A stretch of 64,000 bases of DNA from Eledone cirrhosa (GCA_964016885.1 CAXHJY010000133.1:288041-352040); one strand, 5' to 3'. Positions 1-15,990 are shown, counted from the first letter of the stretch. Numbers and translations are program-made. Notes: generated by a model not told the origin, from the letters alone.

Positions 1-162
1 TATATATAGGCTATATTATATATACATATATATATGTGAGTATTTATATATATTGATTGTGGTATATGTGTGTGTCTGTGCCTGTGGGGAGGGTGGGTGG
101 GCGGGGGGGGGGGGGGGCGCATAATGATCCTTGAACATACATAAATATACACACATACATAC

Positions 163-269
<107 letters not shown>

Positions 270-517
270 AATGGCGTAGGACAGAAAAAAGGAGAGGCAC
301 AAAAACAAAGAAAAGAATCCCAAGTCACTGAAGAGGTCACAGAATGTGACGAAAGAACTTTGACAATATATAAACAACCATCCGGTTGTGGAACCAACCA
401 GCCAACCGGAAATTTTTAAATTCCTCAATTTATAAATTTATTATAATAATTTGAAGTGAAAGCATCTGGTGCGTGTGTTTCTTATTGGCAACGTGACCCT
501 CCCAAAGTATAACAATA
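270..517 (+). mobile_element. Solo pLTR fragment of PLE family D
   Basis: Reverse-complement match to 12757-13018 and direct match to 59742-60009; contains an HHR; flanked by (TA)n. Confidence 0.8.
324..364 (+). ncRNA. Minimal type I hammerhead ribozyme (family D)
   Basis: GTCA-CTGAAGA-G-GTCAC(AGAAT)GTGAC-GAAA-GAAC-TT-TGAC: core, 5-bp stem II, 4-bp stem I, vestigial stem III. Confidence 0.75.
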
Positions 518-987
518 TATATATATATATATATACATATATTCTAAACACTTTGCCATCCGGGCATTTATTAATCTATCATATAATAGACATCACACCG
601 CCTGCTCTGTCTTCCTATATTCTCCCTTCTTACCTGTGCTACATGTCAATGTCTTCACTTCCAACAACAATCCTTAATATTCTCTTCTGTTTTACAAGTT
701 CTCTTCTTTTTATACATTTTCTTTCTTTGGCTAAGATCTCGCACAGTTCTCTCCCTTTTTTTATCATTTGAAACCCTAGGGAAATGTTTTCATCTATATT
801 TCTGTAATTCCCCTAAAGGCGTAACCTGTCTCTACCTGTTTTGTTATGTCGCAATGTGCACTGGAAAGAACGGTCACGACCATAATTGAACGAAACTGTA
901 TTGATTTCCAGATGTTGACTGAGGAGATGAGACTGGCAGTCTCTCCGTTGTGTTTTCGTTTATCTTTGTCCTGTGCGGCCCCTATTT

Positions 988-1089
<102 letters not shown>

Positions 1090-1137
1090 CGATATTATAT
1101 ATACATATATATATATGTTAGTATTTATATATATTTA

Positions 1138-1344
1138 AGGGCGGTGAATATATATTCAAGGGCGGTGAATTGGCAGTATTGGTAGAGCGTTGGACATGCT
1201 TTCCAACATGGAGTTACGTCCCTTTACGATATGAGTTCAAATCCCGCCGAGGTTGACTTTGCCTTTCATCCTTACGGGGTCGATAAAATAAAGTACCAGT
1301 AAAAGCACTGGATAATTGCTTGCATTGTGCCTAAAGTAGAAACA
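1138..1344 (+). mobile_element. tRNA-derived SINE (Deu/Nin-like core) with 18-bp target site duplication
   Basis: A box TGGCAGTATTGG, B box GAGTTCAAATCC, core GCCTTTCATCCTTACGGGGTCGATAAAATAAAGTACCAG; AGTATTTATATATATTTA at 1120-1137 and 1345-1362, single in the sister units. Confidence 0.88.
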
Positions 1345-1427
1345 AGTATTTATATATATTTATATGTATATATGAACAGATAAATTAGGAAGGCTTTTCA
1401 GGCAATTTCATAATTACTTTTACAAAG

Positions 1428-1447
1428 AAAAAAGAAAACAAAAAAAA
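1428..1447 (-). terminator. Pol III oligo(T) terminator downstream of tRNA-Thr (also behind copies 2-5)
   Basis: Several T runs on the minus strand starting ~15 nt after the tRNA 3' end. Confidence 0.7.
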
Positions 1448-1461
1448 GAAAGTATCAGGAA

Positions 1462-1534
1462 AGCCCCCAGTGAGAATTGAACCCACGACCCCTGGTTTAC
1501 AAGACCAGTGCTCTAACCACTGAGCTATGGAGGC
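1462..1534 (-). tRNA. tRNA-Thr(UGU)
   Basis: GCCTCCATAGCTCAGTGGTTAGAGCACTGGTCTTGTAAACCAGGGGTCGTGGGTTCAATTCTCACTGGGGGCT; full cloverleaf, anticodon TGT. Confidence 0.95.
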
Positions 1535-1735
1535 TCACTTTTTACAAAACTGTATATGTTGCTATATAAATCCTGATTTATTTAAAAATAAATAACTTAA
1601 GGCCACCATGTGTTATATATATGGTTGTATATATTGATTGTGGTATGTGTGTGTGTGTGTGTCTGTGCCTGTGGGGAGTGGGGGGGGACCGCAGATTGAT
1701 CCTTGATCATACATACATATACACACATACATACA

Positions 1736-1772
<37 letters not shown>

Positions 1773-1821
1773 AGATTTGAATGGATACAGTTTAGTTGAA
1801 AGGAATTTATTGACGCGTGTT

Positions 1822-2172
1822 TCCGGAGGCAACGAGTGGTATTACGTGGGATCAACGGCAACATCGTTTAAATCTCGATTGTATAGGCATTCTTACTCAA
1901 TAAAACACCAGAGCCAAAGAAATGTAACAACTTTAGCAGAAAAAGCTTGGACGCTCAGGGATAGCAATCAAAAGTTTACCCTAAAATGGGAAAAATTAGC
2001 TAAAACCCAAAGCTTTTCCAGGAGCCAAAATTTCTGCAAATTGTGTAATCTTGAGATTTATTACATAATCACACACAAGAAGAAACTGCTGAATAACAGA
2101 ATTGAACGAACATTATTCTGCCGTCACAGAACAAAAACCCTTTTTTCCCACTACAAGCCGAATATTACATAA
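1822..2172 (+). pseudogene. C-terminal GIY-YIG endonuclease fragment of PLE family B
   Basis: SGGNEWYYVGST...FCKLC...FCRH, nearly identical to the end of the 773-aa ORF; the track's first residues come from the inverted pLTR. Confidence 0.9.
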
Positions 2173-2483
2173 AAGAGGGACATCCCCCAACTATATAAAC
2201 CTTAATCTAGTTAGAAAAATATAAAAACAATCTCTTCTCAACATATATTAATAACCTTAAATTACCATACTAATAATGAAAAGATATGCTGATGAGAATA
2301 GGTACAAATATGCGATAATGGATGTGTCTAAAAACGTCCATAAGTATGTATATATATGTGAAAATGTATATAAATAAGTAAATATATATATATGTTTGAT
2401 GTGTATAGTTAGATGTAAGTGTATTCATGTATTAAAGTGCTTATATATATATATATGTGTGTGTGTATATGTATGTGTGTGTA

Positions 2484-2595
<112 letters not shown>

Positions 2596-3158
2596 TGTGT
2601 ATGTATGTGTATATGGATGTGTATGTATGTGTATGTGTGTACACATGGACTAGAGTATGTATGTATATATGTGTGTGTCTATACGTGTGTATATAAAGAT
2701 AAGTTGAGTATGAAAATGTATACACATGAGCGCGTATGTATGTACATGAATACATGTGTGTATATATATGTGTATGCATGTGTATATATATGTAAGTATG
2801 AATATGTGAATTGTGAGTATATGTATTTTGTAGAGGTGTGCAAATATATTTGTGTGTGAATGCGTGGGTGAAAGGATACGTACACTCGAAAGAAAAATTT
2901 AAGTCTGAATGTTAATTAAGTGCAAACACAAAACCAACCACGCATATCTTTACTATCTCTAATCCTTCTATAGATTTAGAAAAATAACCAATAATATATT
3001 CTATAAAAAATGTCAAAACAACAGATGGGAATCTAATTACTCACTGCCACCAAGAATTCTCACTGCTATCGAAAAACCACTCCTTCAACTATTCTTCTAA
3101 CAACTTCACCCCTCCCTCCTAATATTCTCTATAAAAACTAAATAGGTCCTCAGTAATA

Positions 3159-3275
3159 TTATTCTGATGAAATGACAGTAAATAATAACATTGAAATATT
3201 GAATGTCTGCATAACTAAAAGTTTGTAGATAGCTGTTTTAGGTTATGTAACTGTTATAGAAACACGTGTCAATAA
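3159..3275 (+). ncRNA. Type I hammerhead ribozyme with extended branched stem II (family B)
   Basis: TTATT-CTGATGA-A-ATGACAGT...ACTGTTAT-A-GAAA-CACGTG-TC-AATAA; palindromic stem III, GUC triplet. Confidence 0.75.
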
Positions 3276-3422
3276 ATTCCTTTCAACTAAACTGTATCCA
3301 TTCAAATCTTTCTATTTTTCTCCGGATTACTTTTGGAACTACAACTGGAACCGTCGAGCAAACTCTACGTGAGCTGATAATCTACTGTGTGTAATATTTA
3401 TATTACAACACAACGGAAAATA

Positions 3423-3485
<63 letters not shown>

Positions 3486-3491
<6 letters not shown>

Positions 3492-4041
3492 AAAGAATAG
3501 AGGTGTAACACACAAGTTATTATATATTGGTAAACGGAATAGAAAATGCTGACAAATTGTTCACAGTTGAAAAATGGTTTAATTAGGAATAAAAGAGTAT
3601 TAGTGATTGTATGGGTTAGTATTCAGTTGTGGTTTTAAGTTTTTAAGTTTTTACCGGTTGCGCATTTCTAAATGCTTTTCAAAAATAATTTTGAGATAGA
3701 GTGTCCGTGCTGTTTGCTCTGATCTGATTAGTTTTGGGAATTCTACCTGTTTTTATGTTAAAAAAGTGGCTCCAGCGTAATTTTTGTGTTGCAAAAATGC
3801 TTGTGGTCAAAACAATTTTGATTGGTCGGTAGAGGTCATGTGAATGTAAAAAGTTGATTTTGCGCCATGACTGTTTTTATGTTAAAAAAGTGGCTCCGGC
3901 AAAAATTCTTGGTCAAAACAATTTTGATTGGTCGGTAGAGGTCATGTGGATAAAAAATTGGTTTTGCGCCAAGATTGAGAAAGACTCTTTCACAACAAAT
4001 ATGTGTGTGTGTGTGTATGTGTATGTGTGTGTGTGTGTGTG

Positions 4042-4085
<44 letters not shown>

Positions 4086-4167
4086 TGTGTGTGTAGTAGT
4101 AGTAGTAAGGTGTTCGATGCTGCGACAATGGCCAGCAGCGATGTGTGTCAAATGGCTATTAAGATAA

Positions 4168-4228
<61 letters not shown>

Positions 4229-4327
4229 GCATAGTAATTCGATGGTCAGTAAGAATGTGTCTGAAAGCAATGGGGGGTATTTTAGCATGTCAAAAGATAT
4301 TTTTCAGCTTTTGTCTTATACGGAGAA

Positions 4328-4376
<49 letters not shown>

Positions 4377-4418
4377 AGTCTCTTTGTATGTTGATGTACG
4401 CGTGTGTATGTGTTTGTG

Positions 4419-4463
<45 letters not shown>

Positions 4464-5197
4464 ACTAGTATTTTTTTCCCCCTGGTAAAATGGTGTACAT
4501 TATTCGATTTTTTTAGTAAAATCGGTTCTCTTAATAGAACATCAAAAATCTTAACAATAAAAGGTGTGAAATGATATTCACTATATATATATACACATAC
4601 ATATATTTACTACACATATATATATATATATACATATATACATACATATATATGCACATATATTTCTTTGTATTGCACCATAGAGCATGTGTGTTTACGT
4701 GTGTCATTGTGTTTATATGTGGGTAGAGATGTGTGCTGATGTAGGTATGTATGTTGACGTGTGTATGTTGTGGGTTCGTCTTAGGGAGAAGTGTTTAGAC
4801 GGGGTCCGTATTTGTTAATGAAGTAAGACTCCTTGCTGATGCGCTGGGTGTGGGTGGCATTATCTTTAAGTTTGTAGAGGGGAAAGATTCTGAAGTTGGG
4901 ATGAATTTGGGCGGCACAGGTATCAATGTGTTCACTCAGTGGTATTTTCCTGTATTCCCGTATTTTAATTTGGGATCTATGGACAGTCATGCGTTGGCGG
5001 AGGCTGTTTTTGGTCTGGCCTATGTATTGTTCCCGACAACCTGAACAAGTTAATACATATATTAGATTTTCCGATGCACATGTGAAATTGTATTTTACTA
5101 TAAAACGTTGTCCATCTTTGAAATAGAATTCCGAACCCTCTATTAAGTTGATGCAAATGCCACAGTTGGGTCTATCGCATTTTTTTACTGTGGGTTT
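3486..5197 (-). mobile_element. 5'-truncated PLE family A copy (Neptune-like GIY-YIG domain at 4781-5197 plus 3' region)
   Basis: CDRPNCGIC...NLIYVLTCSGCREQYIGQT; matches 55701-57302. Confidence 0.92.
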
Positions 5198-5214
5198 ATT
5201 ATATATATATATAT

Positions 5215-5499
5215 ATAATAAACAATACAATATACTTACCTCCTTACCAGAGGTTTCCCGAATAAGACGAATACGAAAAACGTCCTCATTCGTTCATCGG
5301 ACAAGGCAATTTGTAAATTGTAAATTGCCTTGTCCGATGAACGAATGAGGACGTTTTTCGAAATTCGTCTTATTCGGGAAACCTCTGGTAATGAGGTAAT
5401 TATATTGTATTGTTTATTATTCATTAAATTTACCTCGGGTACTTACATAGAGCACTCTTCACTCCTATGAATTTTCAATTTTCAACGGAAACGTCAATA

Positions 5500-5502
<3 letters not shown>
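5215..5502. mobile_element. Fold-back element (arms ~5215-5312 and 5322-5420) with an HHR-like motif in each arm; probable solo pLTR of another PLE family (K)
   Basis: Near-perfect ~100-bp inverted repeat between (TA)n tracts. Confidence 0.75.
5323..5401 (+). ncRNA. Type I hammerhead ribozyme, CCGAUGA core variant (family K)
   Basis: AATTGCCTTGT-CCGATGA-A-CGAATGAGGACG...CGTCTTATTCG-G-GAAA-CC(TCT)GG-TA-ATGAGGTAATT; 11-bp stem I with G-U pairs, GUA triplet. Confidence 0.7.
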
Positions 5503-5590
<88 letters not shown>

Positions 5591-6193
5591 TAAACTCTTT
5601 GTCATGCGGGCATTTATTAATCTATCATATAATAGACATCACACCGCCTGCTCTGTCTTCCTATATTCTCCCTTCTTACCTGTGCTACATGTCAATGTCT
5701 CCACGTCCAACAACAGTCCTTAATATTCTCTTCTGTTTTACAAGTTCTCTTCTTTTTATACATTTTCTACCTCTGGCTAAGACCTCGCACAGTTCTCTCC
5801 CTTTTTATATCATTTAAAACCCTAGGGAAATGTTTTTATCTATATTTCTGTAATTCCCCTAAAGGCGTAACCTGTCTCTACCTGTTTTGTTATGTCGCAA
5901 TGTGCCCTGGAAAGAATGGTCCCGACGTTAGTTGAACGAAACTGTATTGATTTCCAGATGTTGACTGAGGAGATGAGACTGGCTGTCTCTCCGTTGTGTT
6001 TTCGTTTATCTTTGTCCTGTGCGGCCCCTATTTTAAATATATATAGGCTATATTATATATACATATATATATGTTAGTATTTATATATATTTATATGTAT
6101 ATATGAACAGATAAATTAGGAAGGCTTTTCAGGCAATTTCATAATTACTTTTACGAAGAAAAAAGAAAACAAAAAAAAAGAAAGCATCAGGAA

Positions 6194-6266
6194 AGCCCCC
6201 AGTGAGAATTGAACCCACGACCCCTGGTTTACAAGACCAGTGCTCTAACCACTGAGCTATGGAGGC
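6194..6266 (-). tRNA. tRNA-Thr(UGU)
   Basis: Identical to 1462-1534. Confidence 0.95.
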
Positions 6267-6470
6267 TCGCTTGTTACAAAACTGTATATGTTGCTATATA
6301 AATCCTGATTTATTTAAAAATAAATAACTTAAGGCCACCATGTGTTATATATATGGTTGTATATATTGATTGTGGTATGTGTGTGTGTGTGTGTCTGTGC
6401 CTGTGGGGAGTGGGGGGGACCGCAGATTGATCCTTGATCATACATACATATACACACATACATACATACA

Positions 6471-8284
<1,814 letters not shown>

Positions 8285-8301
8285 ATTATATATATATATA
8301 T

Positions 8302-8589
8302 ATAATAAACAATACAATATACTTACCTCCTTACCAGAGGTTTCCCGAATAAGACGAATACGAAAAACGTCCTCATTCGTTCATCGGACAAGGCAATTTG
8401 TAAATTGTAAATTGCCTTGTCCGATGAACGAATGAGGACGTTTTTCGAAATTCGTCTTATTCGGGAAACCTCTGGTAATGAGGTAATTATATTGTATTGT
8501 TTATTATTCATTAAATTTACCTCGGGTACTTACATAGAGCACTCTTCACTCCTATGAATTTTCAATTTTCAACGGAAACGTCAATACTT
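8302..8589. mobile_element. Fold-back HHR element K, copy 2 (plus-strand HHR at 8410-8488)
   Basis: Duplicate of 5215-5502 at offset 3087. Confidence 0.75.
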
Positions 8590-9232
8590 ATATATATATA
8601 TATATATATATTCTAAACTCTTTGTCATGCGGGCATTTATTAATCTATCATATAATAGACATCACACCGCCTGCTCTGTCTTCCTATATTCTCCCTTCAT
8701 ACCTGTGCTACATGTCAATGTCTCCACGTCCAACAACAGTCCTTAATATTCTCTTCTGTTTTACAAGTTCTCTTCTTTTTATACATTTTCTACCTCTGGC
8801 TAAGACCTCGCACAGTTCTCTCCCTTTTTATATCATTTAAAACCCTAGGGAAATGTTTTTATCTATATTTCTGTAATTCCCCTAAAGGCGTAACCTGTCT
8901 CTACCTGTTTTGTTATGTCGCAATGTGCACTGGAAAGAATGGTCCCGACGTTAGTTGAACGAAACTGTATTGATTTCCAGATGTTGACTGAGGAGATGAG
9001 ACTGGCAGTCTCTCCGTTGTGTTTTCGTTTATCTTTGTCCTGTGCGGCCCCTATTTTAAATATATATATATATATATATATATAGGCTATATTATATATA
9101 CATATATATATGTTAGTATTTATATATATTTATATGTATATATGAACAGATAAATTAGGAAGGCTTTTCAGGCAATTTCATAATTACTTTTACGAAGAAA
9201 AAAGAAAACAAAAAAAAAGAAAGCATCAGGAA

Positions 9233-9305
9233 AGCCCCCAGTGAGAATTGAACCCACGACCCCTGGTTTACAAGACCAGTGCTCTAACCACTGAGCTATG
9301 GAGGC
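9233..9305 (-). tRNA. tRNA-Thr(UGU)
   Basis: Identical to 1462-1534. Confidence 0.95.
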
Positions 9306-9507
9306 TCGCTTGTTACAAAACTGTATATGTTGCTATATAAATCCTGATTTATTTAAAAATAAATAACTTAAGGCCACCATGTGTTATATATATGGTTGTA
9401 TATATTGATTGTGGTATGTGTGTGTGTGTGTGTGTCTGTGCCTGTGGGGAGTGGGGGGGACCGCAGATTGATCCTTGATCATACATACATATACACACAT
9501 ACATACA

Positions 9508-11315
<1,808 letters not shown>

Positions 11316-11332
11316 ATTATATATATATATAT

Positions 11333-11617
11333 ATAATAAACAATACAATATACTTACCTCCTTACCAGAGGTTTCCCGAATAAGACGAATACGAAAAACG
11401 TCCTCATTCGTTCATCGGACAAGGCAATTTGTAAATTGTAAATTGCCTTGTCCGATGAACGAATGAGGACGTTTTTCGAAATTCGTCTTATTCGGGAAAC
11501 CTCTGGTAATGAGGTAATTATATTGTATTGTTTATTATTCATTAAATTTACCTCGGGTACTTACATAGAGCACTCTTCACTCCTATGAATTTTCAATTTT
11601 CAACGGAAACGTCAATA

Positions 11618-11620
<3 letters not shown>
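11333..11620. mobile_element. Fold-back HHR element K, copy 3 (plus-strand HHR at 11441-11519)
   Basis: Duplicate of 5215-5502 at offset 6118. Confidence 0.75.
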
Positions 11621-11700
<80 letters not shown>

Positions 11701-12143
11701 TAAACTCTTTGTCATGCGGGCATTTATTAATCTATCATATAATAGACATCACACCGCCTGCTCTGTCTTCCTATATTCTCCCTTCTTACCTGTGCTACAT
11801 GTCAATGTCTCCACGTCCAACAACAGTCCTTAATATTCTCTTCTGTTTTACAAGTTCTCTTCTTTTTATACATTTTCTACCTCTGGCTAAGACCTCGCAC
11901 AGTTCTCTCCCTTTTTATATCATTTAAAACCCTAGGGAAATGTTTTTATCTATATTTCTGTAATTTCCCTAAAGGCGTAACCTGTCTCTACCTGTTTTGT
12001 TATGTCGCAATGTGCACTGGAAAGAATGGTCCCGACCTTAGTTGAACGAAACTGTATTGATTTCCAGATGTTGACTGAGGAGATGAGACTGGCAGTCTCT
12101 CCGTTGTGTTTTCGTTTATCTTTGTCCTGTGCGGCCCCTATTT

Positions 12144-12183
<40 letters not shown>

Positions 12184-12328
12184 CTATATTATATATACAT
12201 ATATATATGTTAGTATTTATATATATTTATATGTATATATGAACAGATAAATTAGGAAGGCTTTTCAGGCAATTTCATAATTACTTTTACGAAGAAAAAA
12301 GAAAACAAAAAAAAGAAAGCATCAGGAA

Positions 12329-12401
12329 AGCCCCCAGTGAGAATTGAACCCACGACCCCTGGTTTACAAGACCAGTGCTCTAACCACTGAGCTATGGAGG
12401 C
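12329..12401 (-). tRNA. tRNA-Thr(UGU)
   Basis: Identical to 1462-1534. Confidence 0.95.
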
Positions 12402-12603
12402 TCGCTTGTTACAAAACTGTATATGTTGCTATATAAATCCTGATTTATTTAAAAATAAATAACTTAAGACCACCATGTGTTATATATATGGTTGTATATA
12501 TTGATTGTGGTATGTGTGTGTATGTGTGTGTCTGTGCCTGTGGGGAGTGGGGGGGACCGCAGATTGATCCTTGATCATACATACATATACACACATACAT
12601 ACA

Positions 12604-12700
<97 letters not shown>

Positions 12701-12702
<2 letters not shown>

Positions 12703-14222
12703 TTTCTGAATTTGTTTAGCAAGATTCTTTATCTGAAATCGTGTGTTGAAACCGATATTGTTATACTTTGGGCGGGTCATGTTGCCAATAAGAAACACAC
12801 GCACCAGTTGCTTTCACTTCAATTTATTATATATTTATAAATTTATAAATTTACAAATCTACAAACTTATAAATTTCTGGTTGGTTGGTTGGTTCCACAA
12901 CCAGATAGTTGTTTATATATAGTCATAGTCCTTTCGTCACACACTCTGTGACCTCTTCACTGACTGGGGATTCCTTACTTTGTTTCTGTGCCTTTCCTTT
13001 CTTCTGTCCTACGCCATTTTGTTTCTGTGTGTGTATTGTGTGCTCAGTTTGCGCATGCGCCACATCCGGGTGTCTGTGTGTGTTTGTGTTCATTTATCTA
13101 TTTGTTTATTTATTTACATATTGTTGGTTGGTTGTTTGTTCTATGTGTGTGTGTGTTTTCATTTTGTCCTTAATTGTAAGTTGTGATGTTGCTGTTCCAC
13201 TCATATTTTCTATTTAATTTTGGTTGTAATTCTTTTATGCTTACTGCCTCTGTAATCTGCCTAAACATTGCATCTTTTCTGTGTGTGGATTCTATTTTTA
13301 TTTCTATGTTCTCTAATTTACCCTTGTGTTCTATCTTAGCATGTTGGTAGAGTACAGATGATTCTTTATTATCTTGAAGGTCTCGCCAGTGTTCATTTAT
13401 CCGTTCCCCTATACTACAAGCTGTCTCAACTATGTACACTATATTTTTGTTTCTACATTGTCCTTCAGTACATCTTATGCTATACACTACATTTCTAGTT
13501 TTACAGTTAATATGGGGGCTTATTTTACAGGTTATACATTTCTTATCTATACATGAGGGTCTTTGGAACGGGTATGTCTTGCTAATAAGTGTTTTTACGG
13601 AGGTACCTGGTCTTTCTACTATCTTAATATTGAGTTTATGTTTATTTAGGGCCCTTCTAAATTTGTAGGCTAGTTCGCCTCTAGGGGTTGTATTGATGAA
13701 CATTACACTCTGGTATTTATTGCTATCATACCATGAGTTTATTCTATTGGCCTTGTTCCTAGTTCTTTCGATTCTATTCCAAAATTTGCTCCTATACAAG
13801 GGGCAGGTCCCATTTATGTCATTATTTACCATTTTTTCCCATTTGGTTCTGGCTCCTCTATACACTCTGATTCTATCTCTCTGATTGTAGCCAGAGAACT
13901 GCATACGGTGGATGAAATGTTGTATGTGTCTCTCTAGTTCTTCGGGGTTGCACATGCGGAACACATTTCTCATCACCCGTACCAAATCCGCAATCAGTAT
14001 GTTGATTTTGGTATGGTCCGAAATGGCCGAGTTTCGGTGGATCAGATGTTTGGAAGTCATGGGTTTGGCATAATGGGAATGGAGGATTTGTTTTTGGTTG
14101 TTAATGGTATCTAACCAGAGCTCTGTGTTTAGTACAGGTAATCGATGGTTGGGGTGTCTACTTGGGTAGTCTATAGTAACTCTAATGCTCTGGTGGATGG
14201 AGTTTGCTATTTGCTGTATATA
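12701..14222 (-). mobile_element. 5'-truncated PLE family D (RT thumb region, GIY-YIG, 3' pLTR)
   Basis: IANSIHQSIRV...HYAKPMTS...CIDKKCITC...NVVYSIRC...YIVET...ERINEH; pLTR with an HHR at 12921-12965 whose core reads GTGAAGA. Confidence 0.88.
13170..14222 (-). pseudogene. Truncated PLE RT-thumb / GIY-YIG ORF
   Basis: RT catalytic core absent; YIG motif reads YIV; the N-terminal CLEYIQ repeats are a junction product. Confidence 0.85.
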
Positions 14223-14703
14223 TTCTAAACACTGTATATATTCTAAACACTGTATATATTCTAAACACTTTGTCATGCGGGCATTTATTAATCTATCATA
14301 TAATAGACATCACACCGCCTGCTCTGTCTTCCTATATTCTCCCTTCTTACCTGTGCCACATGTCAATGTCTCCACGTCCAACAACAGTCCTTAATATTCT
14401 CTTCTGTTTTACAAGTTCTCTTCTTTTTATACATTTTCTACCTTTGGCTAAGACCTCGCACAGTTCTCTCCCTTTTTTATCATTTGAAACCCCAGGGAAA
14501 TGTTTTCATCTATATTTCTGTAATTCCCCTAAAGGCGTAACTTGTCTCTACCTGTTTTGTTATGCCGCAATGTGCACTGGAAAGAATGGTCCCGACGTTA
14601 GTTGAACGAAACTGTATTGATTTCCAGATGTTGACTGAGGAGATGAGACTGGCAGTCTTTCCGTTATGTTTTCGTTTATCTTTGTCCTGTGCGGCCCCTA
14701 TTT

Positions 14704-14739
<36 letters not shown>

Positions 14740-14875
14740 CTATATTATATATACATATATATATGTTAGTATTTATATGTATATATGAACAGATAAATTA
14801 GGAAGGCTTTTCAGGCAATTTCATAATAACTTTTACGAAGAAAAAAGAAAACACAAAAAAAAAAAGCACCAGGAA

Positions 14876-14949
14876 AGTCCCCCCGTGAGAATTGAACCCA
14901 CGACCCCTAGTTTACAAGACCAGTGCTCTAACCACTGAGCTATGGAGGT
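14876..14949 (-). pseudogene. Degenerate tRNA-Thr(UGU)
   Basis: Acceptor stem disrupted (ACCTCCA / GGGGGGAC) and anticodon stem C>T change. Confidence 0.8.
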
Positions 14950-14984
14950 TTACATGCTCGATAACTTATTTAGTATTATTTAGA

Positions 14985-15180
14985 TCTGTGAAATTTCAGT
15001 ATCGGTAGAGAACCGTACAACATGCTTTGCAGCATAGAGTTACGGCCCTTTACAGTCTGAGTTCAAAACCCACCGAGGTTAACTTTGCCTTTCATCCTCA
15101 CGGGATCGATAAAATAAAGTACCAGTAATGCACTGTGTTAATTGCTGGCCTTGTGCCAAAAGTAGAAACAATTATTTAGA
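14985..15180 (+). mobile_element. tRNA-derived SINE, diverged
   Basis: GAGTTCAAAACCC...CTTTGCCTTTCATCCTCACGGGATCGATAAAATAAAGTACCAG. Confidence 0.8.
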
Positions 15181-15204
15181 TCTGCTCTTTATGAATTATT
15201 TTCA

Positions 15205-15395
15205 TTTGGATTGGCAGTACCGTTAGAGGGTCAGGCGCCATGCTTTCCAGCACAGAGTTACGTCCCTTTACGGTTTTAGCTCAAACCCCGTCGAGGTTAA
15301 CTTTGCCTTTCATCCTTACGGTTTCGAAAAAATATAGTACCAGTAATACACTGCCATAATTGCTGGCCTTGTCCCAAAAGTTAAAACAATTATTT
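15205..15395 (+). mobile_element. tRNA-derived SINE, diverged
   Basis: Same core: GAGGTTAACTTTGCCTTTCATCCTTACGG. Confidence 0.8.
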
Positions 15396-15417
15396 AAAAT
15401 AAAATGTAAGTTGACGA

Positions 15418-15490
15418 AGCCCCCAGTGAGAATTGAACTCACGACCCCTGGTTTACAAGACCAGTGCTCTAACCTCTGAGCTATGGAGGC
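15418..15490 (-). tRNA. tRNA-Thr(UGU), sequence variant with different flanks
   Basis: Intact cloverleaf; D-loop T>A and T-stem GTGAG/CTCAC relative to the array copies. Confidence 0.93.
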
Positions 15491-15744
15491 TTTCATGAAA
15501 AGCTTCCTATTTAACATTACTTAAATCTACTGTATATGATTCCTAGATATTCACCATGTGTTGTGTGTAATGAATATGGGATGAGGCAAACGTTGGAATG
15601 GATTGGTGCAGGGGAGGGCTTATGTATACGCACACACACACATACACACACACACACACACACTTATACATACACGCACATACTCATACGCACACACACA
15701 CACGCTCACATATACACTCTCTCACACACACACGTATATATAAG

Positions 15745-15940
<196 letters not shown>

Positions 15941-15990
15941 TATGCACATATATATATATATATATATATATAAGTTTTAATATAGATGAG

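Noticed and set aside
85-117. G-rich tract with G-quadruplex potential
   Set aside because: Much shorter in the sister units; probably homopolymer expansion or error
2286-2340. CTGATGAG in the family B 3' UTR
   Set aside because: No downstream stem II plus GAAA
3545-3587. CTGACAA...TGAAA motif in the family A terminus as a hammerhead
   Set aside because: Antisense to the element, G8 missing and stem I does not pair
5232-5241. ATACTTACCT resembling the U1 snRNA 5' end
   Set aside because: The rest of U1 is absent; it is the reverse complement of a splice-donor-like sequence
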